Assembly: GCA_050613775.1 (NCBI GenBank)
Contig: JBODTK010000102.1
Coordinates: forward strand, 372,001 to 436,000
Source of the DNA: Neocallimastix sp. 'constans'
Taxonomy: Eukaryota
Length of the DNA stretch: 64,000 bases
Direction of reading: 5' to 3'
The translations under genes were made by a program, and so were the position numbers. Position 1 is the first letter of the stretch. Each line of letters starts with the position of its first letter. Shown here one piece after another: positions 12,931 through 26,273 of the stretch. The notes beneath the pieces are model-generated. The model saw nothing but the letters and a program-made list of their open reading frames with translations. It had not been told where the DNA came from and ran no database searches.

Positions 12931-13479
12931 ATTTATTATTAATATTTATATAATTGAAATATAATAAATATTGATTAATAATATATTATATTCTAATATT
13001 ATAATATTTTCCTTATATTAATAAATATTTTATTATATTTTAAATGCGTTTTTTAATTTAATATTACGTAAAAAATTTATATCCCAACGAAAAATTAATT
13101 TTATTTATTTTATACAAAGATTTTTTTGTTCTAATCAATGTTATTAATAAAATTTATTTAATACTAAATGAATTATATTTCCAATTGTTTTAAGTTAGAT
13201 AAATTATTTTTATTATTTAATAATTAATATTTAATAATAAAAAAAGAAATAAATAATAAATTTAAATATATATAAAAATTTTAATTTTAAATTGTATGAA
13301 TGTGGTTCATTTCGCCAATTTTTAAAATACAAATTTTCAATACACCATTTATTTTTAATGGCTTGTAAAATTTTTTGTTAACGCCATAAAAAATTATAAT
13401 ACAATTAATTTTAAAATAAATAAATGTATAAATTAATAAATAAATAGATAAATAAATAAAGAATATAATAATAAAAATA

Positions 13480-14594
13480 TATAAAATAAAATAAAATAAA
13501 TAGTAGAATATGAATATAAAGTACAGATTGAATAAAATAAAATAAAATAAATAGTAGAATGTGAATATAAATTACAGATTGAATAAAATAAAATAAAATA
13601 AAATAAAATAAAATAAAATAAAATAAAATAAAATAAAATAAAATAAAATAAAATAAAATAAAATAAAATAAAATAAAATAAAATAAAATAAAATAAAATA
13701 AGATAAAATAAAATAAAATAAAATAAAATAAAATAAAATAAAATAAAATAAAATAAAATAAAATAAATAGTAGAATATTAAATATAAAGTACAGATTGAA
13801 TAAAATAAAATAAAATAAAATAAAATAAAATAAAATAAAATAAATAGTAGAATATTAAATAGTAGAATATTAAATATAAAGTACAGATTGAATAAAATAA
13901 AATAAAATAAATAGTAGAATGTGAATATAAATTACAGATTGAATAAAATAAAATAAAATAAAATAAAATAAAATAAAATAAAATAAAATAAGATAAAATA
14001 AAATAAAATAAAATAAAATAAAATAAAATAAAATAAATAGTAGAATATTAAATATAAAGTACAGATTGAATAAAATAAAATAAAATAAAATAAAATAAAA
14101 TAAAATAAAATAAATAGTAGAATATTAAATAGTAGAATATTAAATATAAAGTACAGATTGAATAAAATATAATAAAATAAATAGTAGAATGTGAATATAA
14201 ATTACAGATTGAATAAAATAAAATAAAATAAAATAAAATAAAATAAAATAAAATAAAATAAAATAAAATAAAATAAAATAAAATAAAATAAAATAAAATA
14301 AAATAAAATAAAATAAAATAAAATAAAATAAAATAAAATAAAATAAAATAAAATAAAATAAAATAAAATAAAATAAAATAAAATAAAATAAAATAAAATA
14401 AAATAAAATAAAATAAAATAAAATAAAATAAAATAAAATAAAATAAAATAAAATAAAATAAAATAAAATAAAATAAAATAAAATAAAATAAAATAAAATA
14501 AAATAAAATAAAATAAAATAAAATAAAATAAATAGTAGAATATTAAAAATAAAGTACAGATTGAATAAAATAAAATAAAATAAAATAAAATAAA
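13480..14594. repeat. Compound satellite: (AAAAT)n punctuated by nine ~30-bp units tagtagaat...acagattgaat
   Basis: Units at about 13501, 13552, 13768, 13860, 13912, 14038, 14130, 14182 and 14533; pure AAAAT run ~14212-14531. Confidence 0.9.
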
Positions 14595-15046
14595 TATCTA
14601 TTATTAATTTTTATTAAAGAATATTAAAGATCAATGTTTTCGAAATGAAAATTTTTTACTTTTTTATTATATTCAATTAATGATGTAGTTTAATATTATT
14701 GGTAGTTAATAATCTCATTAAATATAAATGTTTTTTTGCTTTCTAACATATATAATTAAATAAAACATTTTATTTTTAAAAATAAATTGTCTTTAATATT
14801 CTTTAATAAAAAAAAATAATAAATATTTATTTTATTATATATACTTGTACTTTTATAATATTACATTTAATATTTATTTTATTTTATATACTTGTACTTA
14901 TATTATTACATTCTTTATTTATTTATTTATTTATTTTACAAATAATTGAAAAACTAATTTTTCAAAATTAATATTACGAATAATATTGGATAATTAATAT
15001 AATAATTATAATTATAATATTAAAAAATATTTATAAAAATATAGAA

Positions 15047-16471
15047 ATGGAAGAAAATTTAATTATTGATATAAGTGAATCCAACAAAGGAAAAGAACAA
15101 ATTATTATTAATAAAAAATATAAATTTAATTTTTCATATAAAAGAAAAGATAATTCCAAAGTGTATAAATGTACAGAATATAAAAAAATAAATAAATGTA
15201 AATCTTTTATTATTTTAAATGATAAGAAAGAAATTTTAAAGTATAATAGTTCACATAATCATCCTGAAAATGAATACGATGTATCCCTATCTATAATGAA
15301 ACATAAAATTAAAGATGGAATTGAAAAAAGTTCAATTCCTTTTGGTATAAAAATAAAACCCCTATATAATAAAATTTCTAAAGAAATGGGACTTATATGT
15401 CCAGAATATAATTCAATTAGATCCCAAATATCAAGAAATTTAAATAAAAAACTACCATCCAATGTAACAACATTTGCTGAAATTCCAAGTGAATCTGAAT
15501 ATTATAAAACAAAGCGAGGTGAAAATTTTATGATATTCAAAAATTCTAATTTAATAATTTTTCAATCCCCTTTTCAAGCAAAATTATTTAGGGAATATAA
15601 TGATGATATATTTATTGATGGTACATTTTTTATTGCCCCTAAATTTAGTTATCAAGTATTTATTACAAGAACTTATGCTAAAGAATTAGATAGTTTTTAC
15701 ACTACTTCTTTTGCAATATTAAAAAATAAAGAACAAGAAACATATAAAATGTTATTTGAAAAATTGAAAGAAAATGCTAATACATGTGACAATAATATTA
15801 GAATTGAACCAAAAAATTTGCATTGTGATTTTGAAAGGGCCATATCTAAAGCAGCAAAAACAATATTTCCTAATATAAATATTAAATATTGCATTTGGCA
15901 TTATAAAAAATCACTAGAAATTAAAAAAAATAAATTATGCTATAATGAAGTAAAAAATAATAATAATATATTTATTTATTATAAAGCTATTTCAAATTTA
16001 CCATTTATAAATCCTGAATATATATTTGATATTTATGTTATAATTAAAATTAAATCCATTAAAAACAATTATTGTCAATTTTTAAAATTTTTAGAATATT
16101 TTTATAAAACATATTTAATTGATTATGATATGAAAATTTGGAATTATTATAATAATATAGAACATATAACAAACAATGCCTCAGAATCACTCAATAATTA
16201 TTTAAATAATTTATTTCCAACAAAACCATCTTTTTATGAATTAATAGATAAATTAAATGAACTTGAACATTTATCATATTATGATTATCAAAGAAAAATA
16301 AGAGGAATTTGGAAAATAAAAAAAAGAGCAATAAATAAAGCTAATGAAATCAGTGTCTTAATTGAACGCTTCAAAAGTATTGAAGCCAAGTTAATTGATG
16401 CTAAATGTGATAGAAATAAAATTATTAATTTGTGGTTTGATTGTTTAACTAATTTAAATAATATAATATAA
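15047..16471 (+). mobile_element. MULE (Mutator-like) DDE transposase, intact ORF
   Basis: N-terminal FLYWCH/WRKY-like C..C..HNH zinc finger (YKCTEYKKINKCKSFI...HNH); FIDGTF, CDFE, CIWH and TNNASESLN motifs. Confidence 0.9.
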
Positions 16472-16999
16472 ATATTACTTTATAATAAATAATTAAGAAA
16501 TGAGGAATGACCAAATGAAATAATCAGAATTCTGTCATTCAATAATTTAATTTATAAAGCATATTAAATTTATACAGTTTTAATAAATATTCAAATACAA
16601 TGTATAATTTATAGTTTTATCATTATAATTATTATTTCGCTTAATAATTTTTAAAAGAAAAGAATTATTATTAATAAAATTTATATTTTTAATAACATTT
16701 GTAATTTTATATAATTTTTTATTAATAAAATTTAAATAAAAAAATTATTATTATTAGTTTTATATTTTTAATAACATTATTTTTTTACTTTTGTATTCAT
16801 CAAAAAAATATTTAAATTTGGATTAACAAAATAGTAAAATAATCAATCGCAATCTTTATAATTATTTTTGTATTATATATAAGAACAAAATTAAAGCATT
16901 TTTTTTGGAATATTTTAAAGAAATTTCATTAGTGATTAATACAATTCAACAATTTTATTAATAACAAATAAATAGAATGAGATATATTAAAATTAATAT

Positions 17000-19900
17000 T
17001 AATATATTCAAAATATAAATTTTTCAATTATAGCGAATATATTAAGGATGTATCCTCTGAAATCGTTTCATTAAACTTAAAGGAATCGATAAATAATAAT
17101 CAAAATAATAAAAATAATAAAAATATATTTTCAGTAGAAAATAATAATAATATTATTACAAAAAAGAAATAATATTATAAAACAAAAGCATCTACTAAAA
17201 TGCTAAAAATGGTAGATGTAATTACTATGGCAAATTGTGTCATTTCTATTATGACAGTAAAAAAAAAGAAGAAATAATTAAAATAATAATAAAAGATAAA
17301 TAGCTTGTAAACGTGGCTGAAATAATTTTAAAAAAAAGTACAAAATAAACATAGAAGTTATAATAATTTTAATGAAAACGAAAATGATGACACTAGCTAT
17401 GAAGATGTTTTCATCAAGAATAGCATTTCTCATTATAATATTGACTTTAATTTATCTACAATAAACAAATTTAATTACAACAATAAACATAATGAAATGA
17501 TGTCTTGGATATTAGACTCCGGAGAGTCAATATATATCACAAATCAATTAAATTAATTAAATAATAATCAGAAATGCAAAGAAAAAATTTCCAATAGATA
17601 AAAAACAAATTATATCATCACAATTTAATGGAAAACTTATATATGCATTTGCAATCATTAAATAATTATTAAGAATATTTACTACTCTACTACTCAACGA
17701 AAAAAATTTTTTTTGTCAATTGGAAATCTCACACAACAAAGGTACAAAATAATTTTTAATAGTACTAATAATAAATTATATACATTTATTTATAATCAAC
17801 AAAATCAAAGAAAATTAAAAGTTTAATTAAATCAATCTAACACATTTAAATTTTGATTTTCGACTTAAACATTAAATTTTAATAATATTACCAATAATAA
17901 TCCGTATTATCAATATAATAATAATAAGTCAAATAATTTGTAAATATTAAACAATAATACTCAAATTAATGCAAGTAATATACTAAGCAAAAAAACAATC
18001 AAATAAAAAATAAAAGAACGAAAAAAATAAGAAGAAACAATAATAATAGAAACATCAAAAATTTTAATAATAATTAAAATTAATATAATAATAACAAAAT
18101 AGAATTTCAAGATAATAATAATAAAAACAATAATAATAATATCAATAACAAAAATGATAACAATAAATTCAATACTAAAATCATCTTCAACAGTAATAAT
18201 AACAATATAAATAATAATAATAATCATAACAACAATATGATCACTTACATCAATAAAAACAATCAAGATAGTTCAAATACTGTTAGCTAAAATAAATTAA
18301 TAATAATTATAACAAAACGAACAACAAAACATAAATAGATTAATGAATAATGAACTTTTAGAATAGAATAGAATATATTTATTAAAAAGAAATATAAAGG
18401 AGAATTCATAGTAAATTTAAGTAATAAAAAATAGAGATTATTATCATCATTGTGCGAACCGAATAATTAAATACTTCATTTAATCTTTAAAAATGAATGA
18501 TTAAAACCTGTCGATTATGAATTCATTATGAGAAATTTAAAAGTATATGAAACAATAGATACAATAAATAAAAAAGCAAAATTATTATAACCATTATGAT
18601 TTTTAATTTCAAACACAACTTACAAGGAGAAATAAAAAAAGAAAATTAAGATTGGTAGTAAAGAGATTTACGCAAGAATACGGCATAGATTATAAAGAAA
18701 CCTTTGTACCTACCTTAAAACAGAATTCAATAAAAATATTAACAACGATAGCTACTCAGAACAACATCGAAATAAATCAAATAGATAAATTTGTTGCCTA
18801 TTTAAAAGCTGAGCTAAATGAAGATCTGTATATGAAACTACCCAAAGGACATGAAGATTACAATTAGAAATTTTGGAAATTAGAGAAGGCAATATATAGA
18901 TTGAAACAAAGTTGTGCCAAGTGGAATGATAAATTAAACGATATAATAAAATTTAGATATAAAGGACTTATAAGTGAACGTTGTTTGTACGTTAAATTTA
19001 ATAAAGGAAAATTTTTAAGCATGATAACTATATATGTGGATGATATTTTAATATCAAAATCAAAGAAAATAATAAAACGTGTGAAATTGTTAATTAAGAA
19101 AAAATTCATAATTAAAGATAGAGGTAATATTAATTATATCATTAGAATAAAATTTTTAAAACATAAAAATTGTTACTTTTCATATAAGTATAAATATATA
19201 GATATATTACTAAGTTTAATATAAAAAATTGCGTACCTCCTATAAATATTAATCTAATTGAAAATAAAGATATCTAAAGATATCAGAATTATAAAAGTAG
19301 ATAAAACAAAATATAAAAGTATAATTTAAAATTTATTATTTTGTAGTATACGTAGTAGGCTCGACATTATCTACCCCGCATCAAAAACAGATAGAAGATT
19401 AAAACAACCAAATATAAAAGACTGTAATATCGAATAAGAATATTAATATATCTAAAAGTACTAACAAATATTGAATAAATTTCACAAACAATCTGCATAT
19501 TAAAGCATTTGTTGATTCGGATTACCGAGGTGACTTAGAAATTAGACTTTCAACAACAAGGTTTTTAATAATATTCGGTACCAGCAAGCTGATGTTCAAA
19601 ATTGCAAAAATCCATATCGACCTTAACAGCAGATTCTAAATATTACAGTCTAAGTGAATGTAGAAAACAATGTATATGATACTAAAATTTATTCAAAGAA
19701 TTAAACACAAATATTAAAAAATATTGATGTACATTTTGACAATATAGCAGCAATTTATAATATAAAAAATTAAATAATCAATCCAGAAACTAAAAATGTA
19801 GATATTAAGGTTCATTACATTAGAGAAATAGTCAAAGAAAATAAAATCAATCTTAAAAACGTAAAATTTGAAAATAATTTGACTAATGGATTTACAAACT

Positions 19901-20286
19901 ATTTAAACGAAACATTAATTGATAAATTTAGAAATTCTTTATTAAACAAAGTTAATGATATAATTTTTAATTAAAATAATATAAATAAAAATATGAAATT
20001 TAAGAAAATTATATTTTAGGAGTAATGTTATAATATTAAAAAAAATTCAATAATTTCTTTAATATATCTTACCCAATCAGATTATTATCATATTTACATA
20101 AAATATAAAGAAGAAATAAAATGTACTTCCATAATACAATGTAGAATTATGTAATTATGAAAATAAAGATATATAAAAATTAAAAATTAAAAATTAAATA
20201 TTTTATATAAATTAAAATATATTTATTTTTCTTATTATTTATTAGAATTAAACAATTAAAATATTTATTATTTCATGATTTTAACA
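17000..20286 (+). mobile_element. Heavily decayed Ty1/Copia retrotransposon (gag end, protease, RT/RNase H, 3' LTR; integrase deleted)
   Basis: Protease WILDSG at 17506; RT fragments 18652-19224 with YVDD; colinear with the 37830-40100 part of the younger Copia; PPT then TGTTA at 20026. Boundaries approximate. Confidence 0.85.
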
Positions 20287-20731
20287 TGATTAATAAGAAG
20301 TTTTCAACTTTATTCTATAATTTCATATTAAGTTAAACTCTTATTTTATAATTTAAACAATTTTACCAAAAATAATACCTGACGTAAAAGTTATTAAACC
20401 AGAAGAAATTAGTAATAAAGATGTAATTAATATCTTTATTGCTAAATTCGATTATTTTGATTTATTATTAGAAATTTTTGTAAAATTTGAAGATTAATTT
20501 TTTTTTGGTTATTAATTAACTTATGTTAGAAACAAAAATATAAAGATTTATTATTTTATTAATTAAAAGAGAAATATTATATAAATTAATATATTAGTAT
20601 AAGATATGTGACCAATAGTAACAAATAGCCACATATTATATTTATTATAAATACCATAAAAAGTATAAAATTATGTATATATACTATTCTTTATTCTTAT
20701 ATAATAAAAAATGAGATTTATACTTTTCACA

Positions 20732-20745
20732 GATTAAGAGTCTCA
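20732..20745 (+). promoter_or_regulatory. Primer-binding site GATTAAGAGTCTCA
   Basis: Abuts the 5' LTR; the identical 14-mer abuts the 5' LTR of the other element at 35414-35427. Confidence 0.75.
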
Positions 20746-21049
20746 ACTCTTCAGTTGAACTATCAATAAAGCTAAGTTGAAATATATAAAATATAAAATC
20801 ATTTTATCATTAATAATCAAACTAATAAAAATATATTTTTATTATTTTTATAAAATTTATTATAGAAACAAAACGTAATAACCAATATCGATAAGAAAAT
20901 ATTACAGAACAATTGTGAGAATGTTAAAGATATAAAATTTAAAATAAAATGCTTATTGTAATGGGTCATAGTTATTATTAATTTTCTAAAAATAAAAAAA
21001 TGATATAAATACATATACATATAATTAGATAAAAAGAAAATATTAAAAT

Positions 21050-21345
21050 AAAATAATAGTCAACTAGTCTATCTAAGTTGAGAATTATTGAAAATAAAAA
21101 ATAAATGTCAACTAGCTAAGTTGTGAATAATTGATAATAAAATAAAAATAATTGTCAACTAGCTAGGTTGATAAACAATAAAAATAAAAATAATTGTTGA
21201 TTAGGTTATCTAAGTTGTAAATAATTAACTATAAAATGATTGTCAACTAGATTAACTAAATTGAAAATAATAGTAAATAAAAATAAAAATAATAGTCTAA
21301 CTAGTGAAGTTTTAAATAATTAAATTTAAAATAATAGTCATTTTA
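21050..21345 (+). repeat. Degenerate tandem repeats (gtcaactag...aagttg) in the 5' leader of the LTR element
   Basis: Several copies of gtcaactag followed by agttg and A-rich spacers. Confidence 0.65.
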
Positions 21346-21856
21346 AGTTATTAAGAGTAAGAATTATCAATTACAAATAATCTGTTTATTCAAGTTAATT
21401 AATAATAACTATCTTTAACTAAATATTAATGAAACACATAAAATAAAAAATATTAACAACTAATTGAAAAAGAGACAAATAAAAATGATTTAAAAAAATT
21501 AATATTAACATTAATATATAATATAAACATAATTTATTTTTAATATAAATAAATATTTAATTACTAAAATAATAAAATTATTAAATATTAAATAATATAT
21601 CCTCACACACAAAATCCGTTCTGACAATATACAATTCAAAATAATATAAAAAAATTTAATATAGATATAATATGAATCAACTTAATTTTTAATATACAAT
21701 ATAATACCATCAAGAAAAATTAACAAATAATTAATGTTGAAACTAGAAACAATCCACAGAAAATATAATAAAAGAAATTTTAATAATTAAAGTTTTACAC
21801 TAAAATTTTAACAAATAATGTTCAAGAAATAAATTAAAATTAAAGTAACCAAGAAA

Positions 21857-21887
<31 letters not shown>

Positions 21888-22429
21888 CTTTTATATTTAA
21901 TAAAATTTTAATTTATTATAATATTCATTTTTATTTAATACATTTCAAATTTTAATTTATAATAATTTTAAAATGTTCAATTATATCAATCTATTAAACA
22001 TAATATTAATGATATATTAAATTAAAATTAAATTAAATTCAATCAATAATATAAATTTAATTATTTTTGCTAAACTTTAATTAATAATATTTAATCCAAT
22101 CCATCAATTTTAATAACAATTTAAAATTTTTTCAAAAAAATTATATTATTAATAATATATATTTATAAAAATCTAGTTTACCATTTATTAATTTATTAAT
22201 CCAATTTTTGTTAAATCTCGAAACCTGTAATATATTTTTTTAATGACATATTTATTCATATAAGACCCATTTATATATCAATAATAATAATATGGAAGAT
22301 TACATTTAGATAATCTATATAAAATAATTTAAAATATATTATTTGAATTATTTATTATTCTCCAAATATTCGTAAATTATTCGTTAAAAAAAAAAAAAAA
22401 AAAGAGTAAAAATAATGAAAAATGTATTA

Positions 22430-23362
22430 CTGTAAATAATATTTATTCTAAACATCTTAAAAATAAAAGAATAATGAGTTATTTGTGAATCAAATAAAAA
22501 CTTTCATAAATTAAAATAATTAAATGATAAAGAAGCACTAAAAGAATCTTTTTATTAAATACTAAAGGAGAAAATTTAAATAATTAATATATAAAAATAA
22601 AGTATGTAAATTATAAATAAATATCCAAATTTGATTGAAATCATATTATAAATAAATATCCAAATTTGATTGAAATCTTATTATAAATAAATATCCAAAT
22701 TTGATTGAAATCTTATTATAAATAAATATCCAAATTTGATTGAAATCTTATGGCATGAAAGAAATATATTTAATCTTTAAAAGATGATACTAACCTTATA
22801 AAAAATAATCCAATAATCTAATATTGATTTGTGATTACCGCATCATATGAAAACAATGAAGAATAAAAATGTTTTTAGAAAAACACAAAAATACAATGAT
22901 AATATAATTTTTTTGTGCTTCAAATCAATAATTAACATCTAAATATAAATGGGAATCATATATATATTTATATATATAAAAAAAAAAAAGTAGGAGATTT
23001 AAATGCTATTAAAAATATGATCGTTAACACCAGAAAACCTATGAATAGATTTGAAGGTATTTTATAACCAATAAATACATTTACCTATAAAAGATTTTTT
23101 GAGAAAGATTTTTTATGAAATTAACTCATTCATCCGATGAATCTTCCCAATGGTGTTTAAATAATATTGAAAATAAGAAGTTACGTTTATCCTTCACAAT
23201 TTATTATTATTTAAAAGATATTACTTTAAATTAACAAATAAATTACAAATGCGATATAGATTTTGAAACAGTGTTATATTTATTTCATAAAAATAATAAT
23301 TAATTTAATGGAGATATTCTAGTAATACGTGATGACAAATACATTATTTTATCAAATGAATT
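22430..23362 (+). pseudogene. Decayed copy of the GT-A+GT8 fusion gene at 3211..5184
   Basis: DNA colinear with the segments encoding INKYPDLIEILWYERN, ASNQ, KWESY, LNAIKNMIVNT, SSDESWQWC and GDILVIHDDKY; has stops, frameshifts and internal deletions. 5' boundary approximate. Confidence 0.88.
22611..22750 (+). repeat. 35-bp tandem repeat, four copies, within the GT pseudogene
   Basis: ttataaataaatatccaaatttgattgaaatc(t/a)ta starting at 22611, 22646, 22681 and 22716. Confidence 0.95.
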
Positions 23363-23568
23363 AAATTTTATTATATATAATTAGTAAAAAAAAGAAAAAA
23401 ATAAAAAACATATATTATTTAAATACAGCTATATACAATACTCTTTATATAATCAATATATATATAAATAAAAAAAATTATATTAGTATAAATGTAATAA
23501 TCAATAATAAACCAATATTATAAATTATATATTGTTATAGTTTTGTAAATTTTTTTATTTATTTTCAG

Positions 23569-24293
23569 CTTGCTTTAATCAATCTTTTAAAGAACAAGTT
23601 AATGCTCAGTTTGGATTTTTCTAACCAGTTAAAACTGTTGATCCAAAGGTTGATATAGCTATTGATATACTTAATAGATTAAAGAAATATATCAAACAAC
23701 CGAAGACAATATTAAAAAGATGATTAATTGTATGAAAACTACTATGAACGAACAAAAGCAATTTGCCTTTGTTTCTAAAGATGCAAAATTAAAAGGAGAT
23801 GAAGTTGTTTTATAAAAAAAAAAAAAAAAAAAAAAGGTTAAATCTTGTTAGTTATTCTTTAAGTTCAAGTTCTAAAGATATTGATTATTTATACTTACCA
23901 GCTATGGAAAATTTCCATGAATGGCTAAAATCTTTCTTAGATAAAGCTATTCGTGATGCCGAAGATTCTGTTTACAATTATAATAATATTCGTACTAAAA
24001 TGGATATTATTACTCAAATGATTGCTCAAACAAAATAAAGATTAAGTACCGAAATTAATAGCATTCAAGAATGTAGACGTGCTACCTCAATTTTAAGGGA
24101 ACATGAACAATCTTATAAAATAAAGAAGGATAAATATGAATTATTATGTGAAGAAGTTATTAAAAATATTGAATTATTAGAAGCTAAGGGTAAGGCTGAT
24201 ATACCAAATTACCTTCAATTTATGTATGATTCTATGAATATTTTCTATCATCATTCAATAAATTATTTCCCAGAAAGTGATTCATATAAATAA
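23569..24293 (+). pseudogene. Arfaptin-homology (AH/BAR) domain gene fragment, disrupted
   Basis: Conceptual translation KTVDP...FLDKAIRDAEDSVYNYNNIR...KKDKYELLCEEVIKNIELLE resembles arfaptin/ICA69 AH domains; preceded by splice acceptor ttttcag; has a stop at 24036-24038 and frameshifts. Confidence 0.65.
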
Positions 24294-26273
24294 AAAATAA
24301 TAATAATAATAAAATAAAATAAAAAGACATAATAATAATTTAAATAAAGAAAGATTAATAAATAATAGTAATAATAAAAAGTAACTCCAATCCAATTTGA
24401 ATGTAAGGGGAAACGTTAGAATCTGAAATATATAAAAATAATTTCTTTAGTTTACAAATAAAAATAAAATAAATCTTTTTCATGTACTTTATAATATGTT
24501 ATTTGTATTATTATTATTAAAAATAAAATATTATTTTATATAGTAATACATTTGCAATAATTCTCTTCAACTCTAACTTTTACCAAAAGTTAGATTTGAG
24601 GGAGGAATGTTAGAAACAAAAATATAAAGATTTATTATTATATTAATTAAAGGAGAAATGTTATATAAATTAATATATTAGTATAAGATATGTGACTAAT
24701 AGTAACAAATAGCCACATATTATATTTACTATAAATACCATAAAAAAGTATAAAATTATGTATATATACTATTCTTTATTCTTATATAATAAAAAATGAG
24801 ATTTATACTTTTCACAGAAATTCTTGTAAAATTTGAATATTAATTTTTTTTTGGTTATTAATTAACTTATTTATACTAATATAAATTATTTGATATATTA
24901 AAAAAATCTATTTAACTAATAAATGAACATTCTTTTTTTGATATTAACAAAGAAAAATATTGGAATTACTATACAAAGTGAAAATTTACCGAACAATTAG
25001 AAAAATTTTCAAACCATTAATTTCTTTTGTCAGAAATAAAAGAAATTAAAATAATTTAATAATTGTTTATATTATAAAAATAAAATTATCTATGTTTTTC
25101 TATAAATAATTAATTAAATTATATAAATAATTGTATTATTACAATAGATAATTTATATGCTTGAATTTTTACCTTTTCATAATATAATATAAAAAGGAAT
25201 ATTGTATTTTGATATGTGGATTTATTTGAAATATGATATACCTAATAAAACTGTTTATGTAAAGATGAAATATTTTATATTAAATAAATAAATAATAATT
25301 AAAAATAATTAATTAATAATATTTAAATAAAAAATTATAATAATTTTAATATTTAAAATAATAACAATTTCAATCATTTAGCTATTTTTTATTTCATTTA
25401 AATTAATAAATTTTCATTAATTAAAAATTCTAATTAATTAAATTTATTTAAATATATAAAATTTTCAATTATAATATATAAAAATTTTAAATTATTATTT
25501 TCTAATAAAATATCAATTATTAAATTAATAGTAATAATATTTTTAAATTTTTAAAATTAAAAATAAAATATAACTAAAAATGTTTTATTTTAATACGTAT
25601 TATTTAATAATTATTTTTTTTATATTTATAGATTTTTTAAAATATTATTAAAAATTATGAATAAAAAATAATACTTTTAAAATCATTATAAATGAAGTAA
25701 ATAAATATTTATTTTTTATTTATTATATTTAAAAATTAATAAATAAAAAAAGATAATAGATCAAAAAATTAAGAAACACTTTAAAAGTAGTGTTTTGTTT
25801 TTAATAAGTTATAATGATAACAAAAAAATATATAAAAAATTTTATTTCTTATTATTAAACAAAAAAATCTTTAAAAATTAAAAATAAACTAAAAATTAAA
25901 ATAAAAATAAAATATAAAAATATAAAAGAGTATTAAAATTTTTATTTTCATTATTATTTTAAAAAAAAATATTTTCATATTATAAAGAAAACAAAAAATA
26001 AATTTAAAAATTAAATAAAAAAAAAAAATAATAATACTTAATAATTATTAAAACATTATTTAATTAAATGCAATGTCATAATCATATAAAATAATAAAAA
26101 AATTAAAAAAATAATAACATAAATATAATTGAGAGAAATTTTATAATTTAATACTTATTTTCCTTTAATATTTAACTTAATTGAATAAAAAGTTATTTAA
26201 TTATTAAAAAAATAATTTTTTTAATAAAACTTAAAAAAAATTAATTTTAAAGTTAATTATAAATATTAATAAA

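Larger units (their letters stand above)
20524..24816 (+). mobile_element. Non-autonomous LTR element without gag/pol, carrying host-gene cargo
   Basis: LTRs 20524-20731 and 24608-24816 (TG...CA, about five substitutions and one indel by eye); PBS directly after the 5' LTR; PPT gagggaggaa before the 3' LTR; flanked by a 53-bp direct repeat. Confidence 0.8.

Noticed and set aside
13480..14594. CRISPR-like repeat-spacer appearance
   Set aside because: Spacers are AAAAT microsatellite of variable length rather than unique sequence; no cas genes; eukaryotic context.
13290..16900. Terminal inverted repeats and TSD of the MULE
   Set aside because: No convincing inverted pair found by eye; the similar tttcgc...aatttttaaaa motifs near 13309 and 16635 are direct and short.
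17961..18266. Hydrophobic 101-aa ORF, and likewise 37892..38227
   Set aside because: Antisense reading of the Asn-rich (AAT/AAC) Copia linker.
24400..24560. Possible older nested PPT+LTR (aaggggaaacgttaga)
   Set aside because: Starts CG rather than TG and no partner LTR was seen; too weak to annotate.
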